64,000 nucleotides of DNA. Source: an uncultured Gemmatimonadales bacterium. GTDB taxonomy: Bacteria > Gemmatimonadota > Gemmatimonadetes > Gemmatimonadales > GWC2-71-9. The first letter of the stretch is position 1, and the number at the start of each line of letters is the position of its first letter. Below are positions 1-9,336 of the stretch, one piece after another. Position numbers and translations under genes: made by a program. Where the stretch lies: assembly GCA_963828735.1 (NCBI GenBank), contig CAWHFW010000005.1, positions 1,696,001-1,760,000 of the forward strand. The letters run 5' to 3'. A model generated the notes under the pieces. That model was not told the DNA's origin. It did no database searches and was given only the letters and a program-made list of their open reading frames with translations.

Positions 1-1101
1 GGCAACTATCAGGGCGATGCCAATTTCGCTTTGAGCGCCTCGTCGCCAGCCACGTCGCTCACCGTGAACCGTGCGCCGACGACCACCACCATAGGTACGG
101 TGTCGCCGAGCCCGGCGACCTTCGGCCAGCAGGTCACGGTCAACTTCGGTGTGCTGCCGAAGAACAGCGGTACCTACGGCTCGGTCGTGCCCACTGGCAC
201 GGTGCAGGTGAAGAACGGTGCCGATCTGCTGTGCTCCGCCTCGGTGGCCACCGGCAACTGCAAGTTCTATCCAGCGGCCGTGGGCACCCTCAGCTTGAGC
301 GCGGACTATATCGGCATCAGCCCGGACTTCGATGGAGACGCGAACTTCCTCGCCAGCTCGACCTCGGCCACGACGTCGCTGACCGTCAATCGGGCGCCGA
401 CCACGACGACCATCACGTCGCCGCCTGCCAATGCGTCCTACGTTGTGAACGCGCCGGTCATGGTGAATTTCAAGGTGGAGCCGAAGAACACTGGTGTAGG
501 GTACGATTATGGGTCCGTCCTGCCGACAGGCACGGTCCAGGTCAAGAATGGGACCACCCTGCTGTGCCACGGCTCGCTGAGCTCGGGAGCCGGGAGCTGC
601 AACTTTACTGCGTCTTCGGTAGGGGGATACACACTCAAGGCTTACTACCTGGGTGATGCCTCCTCGTATCCAGGCGTTGACGAGAACGCAGACGCGAACT
701 TTCTGGCGAGCGAGTCGTCCGGAACGGCGATTACAGTGAGTTATAACTTCTCAGGCCTCTTCGCCCCGGTGGATGCGGTACCTACGCTTAACAGCGCCAA
801 GGCCGGTCAGGCGATCCCGCTGAAATGGCGACTGACGGACTACAACGGCGCTCCGGTCCTCGACTTCTCCGCGGCGGCGCTTGGGGTGGCGGTCAGCGGC
901 ATGAACTGCACGGTTACGGCAAGCATCGACGCCATCGAGGAGTACGCAGGCAATTCGGGGCTGCAGAACCTCGGAGACGGTTACTACCAGTTCAACTGGA
1001 AATCGCCTCCCAGCTACGCGGGTACCTGTAGGAAGATCGGACTCAACCTCGGAGAAGGCTTCACCCGGGAGCCGCTCGGGTACTTCCAGTTCAAGAAGTA
1101 G
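1..1101 (+). CDS. Ig-like (Big_3-type) repeat surface protein with C-terminal PxKF domain, 5'-truncated by window edge
   Basis: Frame is open from base 1. Repeated ~110-aa Thr/Ser-rich units (PTGTVQVKNG...Y.GDANFLAS). C-terminal AGQAIPLKWRL...DGYYQFNWK resembles PxKF domains. Confidence 0.75.
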   Translation, partial: GNYQGDANFALSASSPATSLTVNRAPTTTTIGTVSPSPATFGQQVTVNFGVLPKNSGTYGSVVPTGTVQVKNGADLLCSASVATGNCKFYPAAVGTLSLSADYIGISPDFDGDANFLASSTSATTSLTVNRAPTTTTITSPPANASYVVNAPVMVNFKVEPKNTGVGYDYGSVLPTGTVQVKNGTTLLCHGSLSSGAGSCNFTASSVGGYTLKAYYLGDASSYPGVDENADANFLASESSGTAITVSYNFSGLFAPVDAVPTLNSAKAGQAIPLKWRLTDYNGAPVLDFSAAALGVAVSGMNCTVTASIDAIEEYAGNSGLQNLGDGYYQFNWKSPPSYAGTCRKIGLNLGEGFTREPLGYFQFKK

Positions 1102-1102
1102 C

Positions 1103-1160
1103 TTCACCCAGGGCCGAAGGGGCGTCTGCGTAGAATGCTCCTTCGCTGTGCTCATGGCGA
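1103..1160. repeat. Degenerate REP-like palindrome between convergent genes
   Basis: TTCACCC..CGAAGGGGCG / TGCTCCTTCG..CTCATGGCGA hairpin, similar to the element at 13943-14005. Confidence 0.4.
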
Positions 1161-1946
1161 GGCGCTGGCCTCTCGCCCATGGCGCGCGCCCCGGATCACA
1201 TCCGGCACGTTGGTGACGATCCCCGCCACCCCTCGCGCCCACAGGCGCCTGGCGGTGGCGGCGTCGTTGACAGTCCAGACATGCACAGGGGCGCCGAGCT
1301 CGCGCGCGGCGCGCACGAACGCCCGCGTGGGCACCGGCAGCCCGTGCCAGCGAAGTGGTACCGAGAGCAGCCGGTAGCGCGAGGTGGTCCCACGGCGGCC
1401 CAGAACGGCACGGCGATAGAGGGAAGAGATCTCGGGCCCGGTCGCGCCGCACGCGAAGGGCTCCCCACGGAAAGCCTCGAGCGCGCCCAGGTGCTCGGAG
1501 GCCACGACGCAGCGATCGGTCGCCCCTCCCTCAACCAGCGCGCGCCGCACGGATTCCTGCACCTCCGGCTCTTTCACCTCGATCATCACGGGCATCGCCG
1601 GGAAGGTCCAGAACACCTCGGCGAGCGTCGGGATGCGTACTCCCGCGCCGCGGAACGGGTAGGTCCGCCCGCCGTCGGGCGTGAACCACCGTCCCGCGTC
1701 GGCCCCGCGCAGCTCGGCGAGCGTCCGGGCGCGCACCGGACCGGTCAGGTCGGTGGTCCGGTCGAGGGTGTCGTCGTGAATGACGACGGGCGCGCCGTCC
1801 CGGGTGAGCCGGACGTCAAGCTCGAGCGCGTCGGCCTGCTGCTTCACCGCGAGCTCGAACGCGGCGAGCGTGTTCTCGGGGGCGTACGCGGAGGCGCCGC
1901 GATGCGCGATGACGGGCCGGGCCTCGAGATCGAGCAACGGGTTCAC
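1152..1946 (-). CDS. Glycerophosphodiester phosphodiesterase (GDPD family)
   Basis: IAHRGAS..PENT, ELDV, IHD..LDRTT and WTVND motifs. GTG start at 1946 overlaps the upstream TGA (GTGA). Confidence 0.9.
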   Translation of the reverse strand: MNPLLDLEARPVIAHRGASAYAPENTLAAFELAVKQQADALELDVRLTRDGAPVVIHDDTLDRTTDLTGPVRARTLAELRGADAGRWFTPDGGRTYPFRGAGVRIPTLAEVFWTFPAMPVMIEVKEPEVQESVRRALVEGGATDRCVVASEHLGALEAFRGEPFACGATGPEISSLYRRAVLGRRGTTSRYRLLSVPLRWHGLPVPTRAFVRAARELGAPVHVWTVNDAATARRLWARGVAGIVTNVPDVIRGARHGREASASP

Positions 1947-3562
1947 GGGCCGGCACCGTAGTGACTCCGGAGCGAGTCGCGGAGCGCGGCCTTGAGGAAC
2001 TTGCCGGTCGAGGTGCGCGGGATCGCGGAGACGAAGACCACGTCGTCCGGAAGCCACCAGCGCGGGAACCGCTCGCCCAGGAACGCGAGCAGCTCGGCAG
2101 GCTCGACCGTTCGACCCTCGCGCAGGACCACCGCCGCGAGCGGTCGTTCACCCCACCGGGAATGGGGCACCGCCACGACCGCCGCCTCGGCGACAGCCGG
2201 GTGTCCCATCAGCGCGCCCTCGAGCGCCACCGAACTGATCCACTCGCCCCCCGACTTGACCAGGTCCTTGCTCCGGTCGCGGATCTGGAGGTAGCCGCGC
2301 GGGTCGATGGTCGCGATGTCGCCGGTGCGGAACCAGCCGTCGGCCGTGAACCACGCGCCGTCCTCCTCCGGCCGATAGTACGCGGAGGCGACGTAGGCTC
2401 CGCGCACCTCGAGCTCGCCCATCGTTTGGCCGTCCCAGGGCACCTCCCCCTCCTCGTTCCGAACCCGGAGCTCGAGAAACGCGCCTGGGGCGCCGGCGGT
2501 CATTCGGAGCGCGTGACGCTCGTCCGGCGGCAATGCCTCGCCTTCGGGCGTGAGGCGGCCCAGCGTGCCGACGGGCGCGATCTCGGTCATGCCCCACGAG
2601 GTGAGCACCTGTGGGCCGTGTCGCTCGAGCCCGCGCACCAGCGACTCGGGCGCGGCCGCGCCGCCGATGACGATGGTCCGAAGCGCGGAGAGATCATACC
2701 GGCCCGGGCACACCTCGAGCCGATCGAGCACACCCAGCCAGACGGTCGGGACGCCGGCGCTGAAGGTGACACGCTCCGCTTGGCAGAGCTCGAGCAATGA
2801 CGCGGGCTCGAGGTGCGGCCCGGGGAAGACGAGCCCCGCGCCGGTGAGTGCCGCGGTGTAGGGAAGTCCCCACGCGTTGGCGTGGAACATTGGGATGACG
2901 GCGAGCACGTTGTCGGCCGCGCTGATGGCGAAGCTTCCGGCCATGGCGGTTGCCATCGAGTGGAGCACGAGCGCCCGGTGCGAGTAGACGACACCCTTCG
3001 CTCGACCGGTGGTGCCCGAGGTATGGCACATGGCGGCGGCGTCTCGCTCGTCGGGGTCGGGCATGCCGGCAAGCTCCTCGGGCGCGGCCGCGATGAGGGC
3101 TTCGTAGTCCAGCATGCCCTCGGGTGCCGTGCCGCCGTCGGCGATCACGACGACATGGCGGAAGCCGGCGCGGTCCCGGAACGACTCGAGCAGCGGGAGC
3201 AGCGCATCGTCCACCAGTACGACGCCGTCCTCGGCGTGGCGGGTGATGTAGGCCAGCTCGTCGGCGTGGAGGCGAAGGTTCAGGGTGTGGAGCACGGCGC
3301 CGAGGAGCGGGATGGCGAAGTAGGCCTCGAGGTGCCGGTCGTGATTCCAGCACAGCGTGGCGACGCGATCGCCGCGGCGGACGCCGAGCGCCTGAAGCGC
3401 CGCGGCGAGGCGGCGGGCGCGACGCATGACCTCGCGGTACGTGGTGCGGTGGAGCGCGCGGTCGGCGCGCCGGCTCACGACCGGGCGGTCCCCGTACAGC
3501 GCCTCGGCCCGCCGCGCGACGGCCGCCAGGGTGAGCGGGTAGTCCATCGTCAGGCCGCGCAT
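1943..3562 (-). CDS. Acyl-CoA synthetase / long-chain fatty acid-CoA ligase (AlkK/DmdB-like)
   Basis: TSGTTGRAKG AMP-binding loop, WGMTE, GWFRTGD, DRSKDLVKSGGEWISS, TGKFLK. Confidence 0.92.
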   Translation of the reverse strand: MRGLTMDYPLTLAAVARRAEALYGDRPVVSRRADRALHRTTYREVMRRARRLAAALQALGVRRGDRVATLCWNHDRHLEAYFAIPLLGAVLHTLNLRLHADELAYITRHAEDGVVLVDDALLPLLESFRDRAGFRHVVVIADGGTAPEGMLDYEALIAAAPEELAGMPDPDERDAAAMCHTSGTTGRAKGVVYSHRALVLHSMATAMAGSFAISAADNVLAVIPMFHANAWGLPYTAALTGAGLVFPGPHLEPASLLELCQAERVTFSAGVPTVWLGVLDRLEVCPGRYDLSALRTIVIGGAAAPESLVRGLERHGPQVLTSWGMTEIAPVGTLGRLTPEGEALPPDERHALRMTAGAPGAFLELRVRNEEGEVPWDGQTMGELEVRGAYVASAYYRPEEDGAWFTADGWFRTGDIATIDPRGYLQIRDRSKDLVKSGGEWISSVALEGALMGHPAVAEAAVVAVPHSRWGERPLAAVVLREGRTVEPAELLAFLGERFPRWWLPDDVVFVSAIPRTSTGKFLKAALRDSLRSHYGAGP

Positions 3563-3590
3563 GTGGTCTCGACCGGTCTCATGCCAAGCG

Positions 3591-3697
3591 CCGTTTCATC
3601 CCAACCACCATAGGACGCTCCGATCGAAGCGAGGAAGCCCGGCTGACATTGCCGAGCGACATGGAGAGCGCGCCGCTTCGCTCGGGATGAAAATCGG
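3591..3697. repeat. Degenerate REP-like inverted repeat
   Basis: TTTCATCCC (3594-3602) pairs with GGGATGAAA (3684-3692). Internal GAAGCG / CGCTTCGCTCGGGATGA. Confidence 0.35.
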
Positions 3698-3890
3698 TGT
3701 CCGCTCAGGTCGCAACCCTCGCCTCCCCAACTTTGGACAGGTCGCACACCCCGCCTCCGACACTCCCCGCGCCAGCGTTCGTGAGCCTTGAGCCCGCACC
3801 GACGCTGGATGCCCCGCGATCGCCGCGATCCAATATTCGTCGCGCATGACAAGCCGTGGGACGCGGCACCACATTTCTCAGGAGCATCCG

Positions 3891-4685
3891 ATGAAGGCAC
3901 GATATCTCAACCACGCGACCGCGGTGGCCGCATTGCTGGGCGCCGCGCTCGTTCTGGCGTGCAGCGACAACGGCTCGGACGTGAGCGCGCCGGACCCGGC
4001 GCCAATCCTCCGTGCGACCACCAGCGTGAGCGGCGAGGTCGACGTCTCCATTTCCGCGTTCGCCGCCGCCATCGGCGCCGTGGACAACAAGGGCGCACCC
4101 AACCTGCACGACGCGACCGGGCGCCGCGGCGTAAACTGGGACGGTGTGCCGGCCCAGTTCACCAATACCGACGCGTTTCCGGCGACCTTCTTCAACCTGA
4201 CCGCGACCCGGGGGCTCGAGTACATCTCCGCGACGGGTGGGCTCAGGGTGAGCGACAACCACTTCGCCGACGTGAATCCGACCTACGCGACGGACCTCAT
4301 CCCGTTCAGCGATCCCAGGATGTTCGCTCCGGTCGGCACCAACCGCACCGAAATTCGGTTCCGGATTCCGGGGACGGATACGGCGGCCGTCGTGCAGAGC
4401 TTCGGCGCCGTCGTCGTTGACGTGGACAAGCCGAACACGACCCGCCTTCAGGCGTACGACAAGGATGACCGTCTGATCGCCGATGTGCCCGTGCCGGTGC
4501 GCGCGGATCCCGACGAGTACAGCCTGATCGGCGTTCAGTTCGACCGGCCGGCGATCGCACGGATCGTCATGACGTTGGGCGATACGCCGATCGGAGCGGG
4601 TGTGAACGACGTAAGCAGCGGCGGGACGGCGGACGTGGTAGTCCTTGACGATTTACTCTACAGCGAGCCGCAGCCGTTACAGTAA
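3891..4685 (+). CDS. Hypothetical lipoprotein
   Basis: GGAG RBS before ATG 3891, lipobox LVLAC, RRGVNWDGVP...FFN...RG domain of unknown function. Confidence 0.75.
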   Translation: MKARYLNHATAVAALLGAALVLACSDNGSDVSAPDPAPILRATTSVSGEVDVSISAFAAAIGAVDNKGAPNLHDATGRRGVNWDGVPAQFTNTDAFPATFFNLTATRGLEYISATGGLRVSDNHFADVNPTYATDLIPFSDPRMFAPVGTNRTEIRFRIPGTDTAAVVQSFGAVVVDVDKPNTTRLQAYDKDDRLIADVPVPVRADPDEYSLIGVQFDRPAIARIVMTLGDTPIGAGVNDVSSGGTADVVVLDDLLYSEPQPLQ

Positions 4686-4696
4686 AGATGAAAGGC

Positions 4697-4730
4697 GGGC
4701 GGCAGGGTGCCAGAAAGCGCTCTGCCGCTC
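4697..4730. terminator. GC-rich hairpin between convergent genes
   Basis: GGGCGGCAGGGTGC / GCGCTCTGCCGCTC stem with G-U pairs and no clear U tract. Confidence 0.35.
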
Positions 4731-4796
4731 ACCGCTCAGGTGAGGGGTCCTTGCCGGGCCGGGCTCGACCGCGCGAAGGCCGCCGCCCCGGCCTTT

Positions 4797-5717
4797 TCAC
4801 TCCCCCCGTGAATGCCCCGCGAAGAACGCCCAGATCACCTCCGTGGCGTCCAGCTCGCGGCTCACCCGTCCCACGCGCCAGCCCGCCGCCGGACCACCCG
4901 GCCACGTGTGCCCGCCCCCTTCTATGGTATAGAGCTCGACCGAGCGCCCCTCGCGACAGCCGGCGAACACGGTGTGGCGCACGCGAGTCCCGTCCACCAC
5001 GCGATCCACCGCGTCCGCCGGGGCGGGTGACGGCGTGCATCCGTCCACCGTCGCCCAGAATGCGATACTCCGCTCGGCGGAAAGCACTCGCCCGCGCCGG
5101 AGCGCCACCCCGCCGCCCATGTATGGCATGAGTGGATCGGTCGTCCCCTGGAACGCGACCACGCTGAGCGGCTGTGTGCGCTCGCAGGTGGGCGCCAAGT
5201 CGGCAGGCATCGCCCCGGCCACTGGCGCGACGGCGGCGAACGTCCCGGGAAGGTCACACGCCAGGCGGTAGGAGAACATCGCGCCGTTCGAGATCCCGGT
5301 CGCGTACACCCGCCGCGGGTCGATGCCGAGCTCGCGGGTCAGGGTATCCAGGAGCACGCGCACGAACCCGACGTCGTCGTGCGTCGCCGCGTAGCCGCGC
5401 CCGTCGTTCCATCGACCGCCGAGCCCCTGCGGATAGGCGACGACGAAGCCCTCCCGATCGGCCAGCCGGCTGAAGCCGGTGTGCGGTGCGATGCCGCTCG
5501 CCTGCCCGCCGCCGCCATGGAAGACGAAGACCAGCGGCGCCGGCCGCCCCCGATGCCAGGTGGGCGGCAGATAAAGGAAGTAGCCTCGGCTCTCGCCGTT
5601 CACCTGAAGCGTGCGCGACACCCCGGCGGGGCTGGCGGTACTCTGGGCGCGCAGGTCGGCGGCGCGCGCGCCGAGCGCCAGCGCGATCGCGCCCAGCGCC
5701 CGAATGCTTGGTTGCAT
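4797..5717 (-). CDS. Secreted PHB-depolymerase-family esterase (LpqC/LpqP-like)
   Basis: Signal peptide, FHGGGG, GISNGA nucleophile elbow, [14 protein letters not shown]. Confidence 0.88.
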   Translation of the reverse strand: MQPSIRALGAIALALGARAADLRAQSTASPAGVSRTLQVNGESRGYFLYLPPTWHRGRPAPLVFVFHGGGGQASGIAPHTGFSRLADREGFVVAYPQGLGGRWNDGRGYAATHDDVGFVRVLLDTLTRELGIDPRRVYATGISNGAMFSYRLACDLPGTFAAVAPVAGAMPADLAPTCERTQPLSVVAFQGTTDPLMPYMGGGVALRRGRVLSAERSIAFWATVDGCTPSPAPADAVDRVVDGTRVRHTVFAGCREGRSVELYTIEGGGHTWPGGPAAGWRVGRVSRELDATEVIWAFFAGHSRGE

Positions 5718-5803
5718 GCACCCAATCTAGCCGCACGCTCGTCCGCCCCGCCGGGTCGGCCCTCGCTGGCATCCGGCTCGGGTTCCGTGCTAAGGTTCAC
5801 CCA

Positions 5804-6445
5804 ATGTCCACCGCCGACATCCGCCGGGAATACGCGCGCGCGCGGCTCGATGAGGCTGACGTGAGCCACGACCCGTTCGTGGAGTTTGCCCGCTGGTTCG
5901 CCGAGGCGCAGGAGGCCGAGGTCCACGACGCCAACGCGATGACCCTCGCGACGTCGACGCCCGATGGCGTGCCTTCGGCCAGGATCGTGCTGCTCAAGGG
6001 CTTCGACGAGCGCGGGTTCGTGTTCTTCACCGACTACCGGAGCCGGAAGGGCGCGGAGCTCGAGGCGAACCCCAGGGCGGCCCTGGTGTTCTACTGGAGC
6101 GAGCTCGACCGGCAGATTCGGATCACCGGAGGCGTCGCGGTGGCGTCGCAGGCGGAATCCGAGCGCTACTTCACGAGCCGGCCGCTCGGCAGCCGGCTCG
6201 GCGCATGGGCGTCGCACCAGAGCCGGGTGATCCCGGGCCGGGCCGCGCTGGAGGCGGACCTACGGGAGGTCGAAATGCGGTTCAAGGACGGTGACATCCC
6301 GTTGCCGCCACACTGGGGTGGATTTCGGGTGGTGCCCGACGCGATCGAGTTCTGGCAGGGGCGGGAGAGCCGGCTGCACGATCGAATCCGGTACGTGCGG
6401 GAGAGCGGTGGGAAAAGGTGGAGGGTAGAGCGGTTGTCCCCGTGA
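5804..6445 (+). CDS. pdxH: Pyridoxamine 5'-phosphate oxidase
   Basis: [41 protein letters not shown]. Confidence 0.96.
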   Translation: MSTADIRREYARARLDEADVSHDPFVEFARWFAEAQEAEVHDANAMTLATSTPDGVPSARIVLLKGFDERGFVFFTDYRSRKGAELEANPRAALVFYWSELDRQIRITGGVAVASQAESERYFTSRPLGSRLGAWASHQSRVIPGRAALEADLREVEMRFKDGDIPLPPHWGGFRVVPDAIEFWQGRESRLHDRIRYVRESGGKRWRVERLSP

Positions 6446-6487
6446 GGGTCGGCTAAGACACCATTATCCCATCGAGCGGAAGGACCT

Positions 6488-7003
6488 GTGCGAAGGCTAT
6501 CCCTCATCGCATTCGTTTGCGCGCCACTGACGGCCGCCCTGCCTGCCAGGCCCACCGCGCCCGGGGGTCCATTCGACGGGGCCTGGACCCTCGATCCCGC
6601 ATATTCCACCACCTGCACGGCCGGCGACGTCTCGATCCTCGTGACAGTCGGACGAGTGTACACCCGCCAGACCGCACCCGATTCGCTCACGATCACGTCG
6701 GATGTCGCGGTGAGCGGGGCCGGCATGACCAACCTCGCCATCCACATGCTCACTGTCCACTTCGATTCCGCCACGAGCAAATTCGCGTTCTCCGGTCCGG
6801 TCAAAGGCTCTGCGCAGCGGCAGGGATATTCCGGCAGGCTATGGGGCACCCTGGATGTGCTCGGAGAGTTTGAGAGCCCGGACCGTATCCGGGCCGGCGT
6901 CAAGACGACGCTGTCAATGCGTATCTCCGTGCCGGGCACGGCCGCATCCGGCACGTGCACGCGCGTCGACACGACGATCTACGCGTCGCGCATCACTGGA
7001 TAG
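6488..7003 (+). CDS. Hypothetical secreted protein
   Basis: AAGGA RBS, GTG start, signal peptide, beta-strand-rich mature region with two Cys. Confidence 0.6.
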   Translation: MRRLSLIAFVCAPLTAALPARPTAPGGPFDGAWTLDPAYSTTCTAGDVSILVTVGRVYTRQTAPDSLTITSDVAVSGAGMTNLAIHMLTVHFDSATSKFAFSGPVKGSAQRQGYSGRLWGTLDVLGEFESPDRIRAGVKTTLSMRISVPGTAASGTCTRVDTTIYASRITG

Positions 7004-7061
7004 CGCTCCGGGTCCGCCCTTCCCCCCGCAAGGTTGCTTAGATTAGCGGAGGCGCCGGTCG

Positions 7062-7225
7062 GTGAGTCAGAGAATCTGCCCCGCTGCCGGGGGCCATTTC
7101 CCGAGATCGCGACGAACTGCCCGCACTGTGGCGCCAAGGTCTTCCTGCCGGGTCATCTCGTCATCGGGTTCCTGACTCTGGCTGTGGCCCTCGTGTTGTT
7201 CGCTCTCTGGTTCGCAGGACGATGA
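7062..7225 (+). pseudogene. Small zinc-ribbon membrane protein with a 1-base frameshift (or sequencing error) in a C run
   Basis: GGAGG then GTG 7062 gives MSQRIC. One extra C in CCCC (7079-7082) yields CPRC...CPHC plus a C-terminal TM helix. Confidence 0.55.
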
Positions 7226-7358
7226 CGACGTCCGTTCAGCTGCGCTAGCATGGAGTCACGGGATCGGACGCGATCCCCGCCAGTGAGAGGCCAACGAAGA
7301 TGCGAAGCGAGTCGCGCGACCCGCTTTGCTGTTTTCAGCGCCTCTGTCGGGAGACGAG

Positions 7359-7547
7359 ATGGGAAACCGAGTCGTAGCAAGGTGCGAGGGGTGCAAGCAG
7401 GAGATCGTGCTGGCAGAGGAAGAGGCCGAGTCGTCGGCCCACCTGTCGGTGCCTGAATTCGAAGCCTTTCTCCGTGATCACCAGGCGTGTCGTTCGAAGG
7501 TGACCGCCGGGCCGCATATCACCCGGCACACGGAGTCGGGTGACTGA
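7359..7547 (+). CDS. Small hypothetical protein with CxxC...HxxC
   Basis: GGAGA RBS, MGNRVVARCEGCKQ...FLRDHQAC. Confidence 0.5.
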   Translation: MGNRVVARCEGCKQEIVLAEEEAESSAHLSVPEFEAFLRDHQACRSKVTAGPHITRHTESGD

Positions 7548-7678
7548 AGCGTCGCTGGCCGTCCTCGAGGACGGCGGCGGTCGCTCCATCGCATCTTCCG
7601 CACAATCACGCCAGGCAAGCGAAGGGGCATACCGACGGTATGCCCCTTCGTGCCCTCTCCTCTCCGCTCCAACCGGTA

Positions 7679-8224
7679 CTAGGGCTGGTCCTTTCGCATC
7701 GCTACCTGCACCGCCTCCGGCGCCCGTTCGATCCGCGCCAGGATCGCCGCGCGATCGCCTGGCCCGAGGAGCGGCGAATCCGCGAGCATCTCGGCTCGAT
7801 GCCCGTTCTCCCACACCTGCCGCGAATTCTCCTGCTCCTGCGCGATCCACGCGGCATCCACGTACGCGAGCGCCGCCGAGCGCAGGTCTCCCCGCGCGAG
7901 CGCCTGACCCGCCGCCGCCGTCATGTCGGTCCGGGCGGTCGTGCGATCCCCTGTCGCGTACTCGAGCGCCGCGGCCTCCTTGAGGCACCGGAAGCCGAGC
8001 GGATCATCGGCGTCCCGGAGGTCAGCCGAGCGACGATGCAGCCGGGCGGCGTCCCCCCATCGGTGCGCCGCCACGAGCGCCGCGGCTTCGTCGTGCAGGC
8101 TGTCGGCCTTGGCCGAGCTGGTGAGAGTCGGCAGCTGGTACTGCGCTGCCGCAGCGGCCGGGAGACCGAGTGTCGCGAACAGCACGCCGGCGACGGAAAG
8201 GCGGTTACTGAATGACGGCTTCAT
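7679..8224 (-). CDS. Hypothetical secreted helical (TPR-like) protein
   Basis: AGGGGG RBS, signal peptide ending AAAAQ, Ala-rich helical repeats. Confidence 0.65.
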   Translation of the reverse strand: MKPSFSNRLSVAGVLFATLGLPAAAAAQYQLPTLTSSAKADSLHDEAAALVAAHRWGDAARLHRRSADLRDADDPLGFRCLKEAAALEYATGDRTTARTDMTAAAGQALARGDLRSAALAYVDAAWIAQEQENSRQVWENGHRAEMLADSPLLGPGDRAAILARIERAPEAVQVAMRKDQP

Positions 8225-8328
8225 CGTGTACCCCCTGCACAGGACGGGTCGGCGTTTCAAGGCATGCTGTCGGGATCACATGCTGAGTCTGCGTGTCGCG
8301 CCTGCCTGCCGCAGGGGACGTTCGTCCC

Positions 8329-9306
8329 ATGACTTCCCGAATCACGGAAACTTCACGCGGGGCCAACAGCGTAGTGGGTTCCAACCCCGGGCGGCGTACG
8401 ATGGAGCTGGCGGCACTGGTCGGAGCGGTAGAAGTCATGATGTCACCCCTGGAATGGGGGGGCCGCGACGCGTGGCTTGGGGAATGCCTCCGGCGGGTGC
8501 ACGGCGCGTGCGGCAGCGCGAGCGCGCCGCCTGCCGACGTGATCGCCGAGCTCGAGGCGGCGCTCCGCCTGCCGGGCGAGGAGCCAGGATGGCTGCGCGC
8601 GGCGCTCGCCTCGCCCGATGCGGAGCGGTGGGGCGGCGCGCTGCCCGTCGTCATGGACAGCTCCCAGGCTCTCGTGCTCGTGGTCTCCCTCCGGTGCGCG
8701 CTTTTCTCCGGTCTCGCTACGCTCCATCGACTTTGCACCTGGCGCAGCACGCTCGGCCTGGCGTTCGACGACATGGAGACCGGCATGGCGATTTTCGGGA
8801 ACGACGGCCTCGGCGAGGTCGCCCGGAATGCACGCCTGGACGAGCTGCTGGAGGAGGAGCGCGAGCGCGAGCGGCTGCTCGAGCTCGTCGCCTGCCAGGC
8901 ACGACGCGCTGCCGCCGCACCGATGCCGGGTGTGCGGGAGGAAGCCGAGGAGGTGGAGCTGGTCGGGGGCATCTACCGGCTGGTCACGAGCCGCGCGGCG
9001 GCTGGAACGCTGCTCAGCGAAGCGGCCGTGCTCGTGCTGGTGGACCGCCTGAGCCCTTCACTTCCGACCACCCAGGAGCTTCGAGCCACCTTCGGCCTTC
9101 GGGGGCGGGAGCCACAGGTGGCGCTGCTCGCCGCGGAGGGGCTCACGAACGCGGCGATCGCCCAGCGGATGCGACTGAGCGCACACACGGTGCGGCACTA
9201 TCTCGAGCGGGTGCTCGAGCGGCTTGGGCTCCACACGCGGAAGGCACTGGCCCTGCACCTGATGGCCGGGGGCGCAGAACGTCCGCAGCCGCGAAACAGC
9301 CGTTGA
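8329..9306 (+). CDS. LuxR-type helix-turn-helix transcriptional regulator
   Basis: C-terminal GLTNAAIAQRMRLSAHTVRHYLERVLERLG and a PAS-like middle region. Start uncertain (8329 or 8401). Confidence 0.8.
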   Translation: MTSRITETSRGANSVVGSNPGRRTMELAALVGAVEVMMSPLEWGGRDAWLGECLRRVHGACGSASAPPADVIAELEAALRLPGEEPGWLRAALASPDAERWGGALPVVMDSSQALVLVVSLRCALFSGLATLHRLCTWRSTLGLAFDDMETGMAIFGNDGLGEVARNARLDELLEEERERERLLELVACQARRAAAAPMPGVREEAEEVELVGGIYRLVTSRAAAGTLLSEAAVLVLVDRLSPSLPTTQELRATFGLRGREPQVALLAAEGLTNAAIAQRMRLSAHTVRHYLERVLERLGLHTRKALALHLMAGGAERPQPRNSR

Positions 9307-9336
9307 TTCCTGCGTCCCGGATCGTAAACTCCGGGT

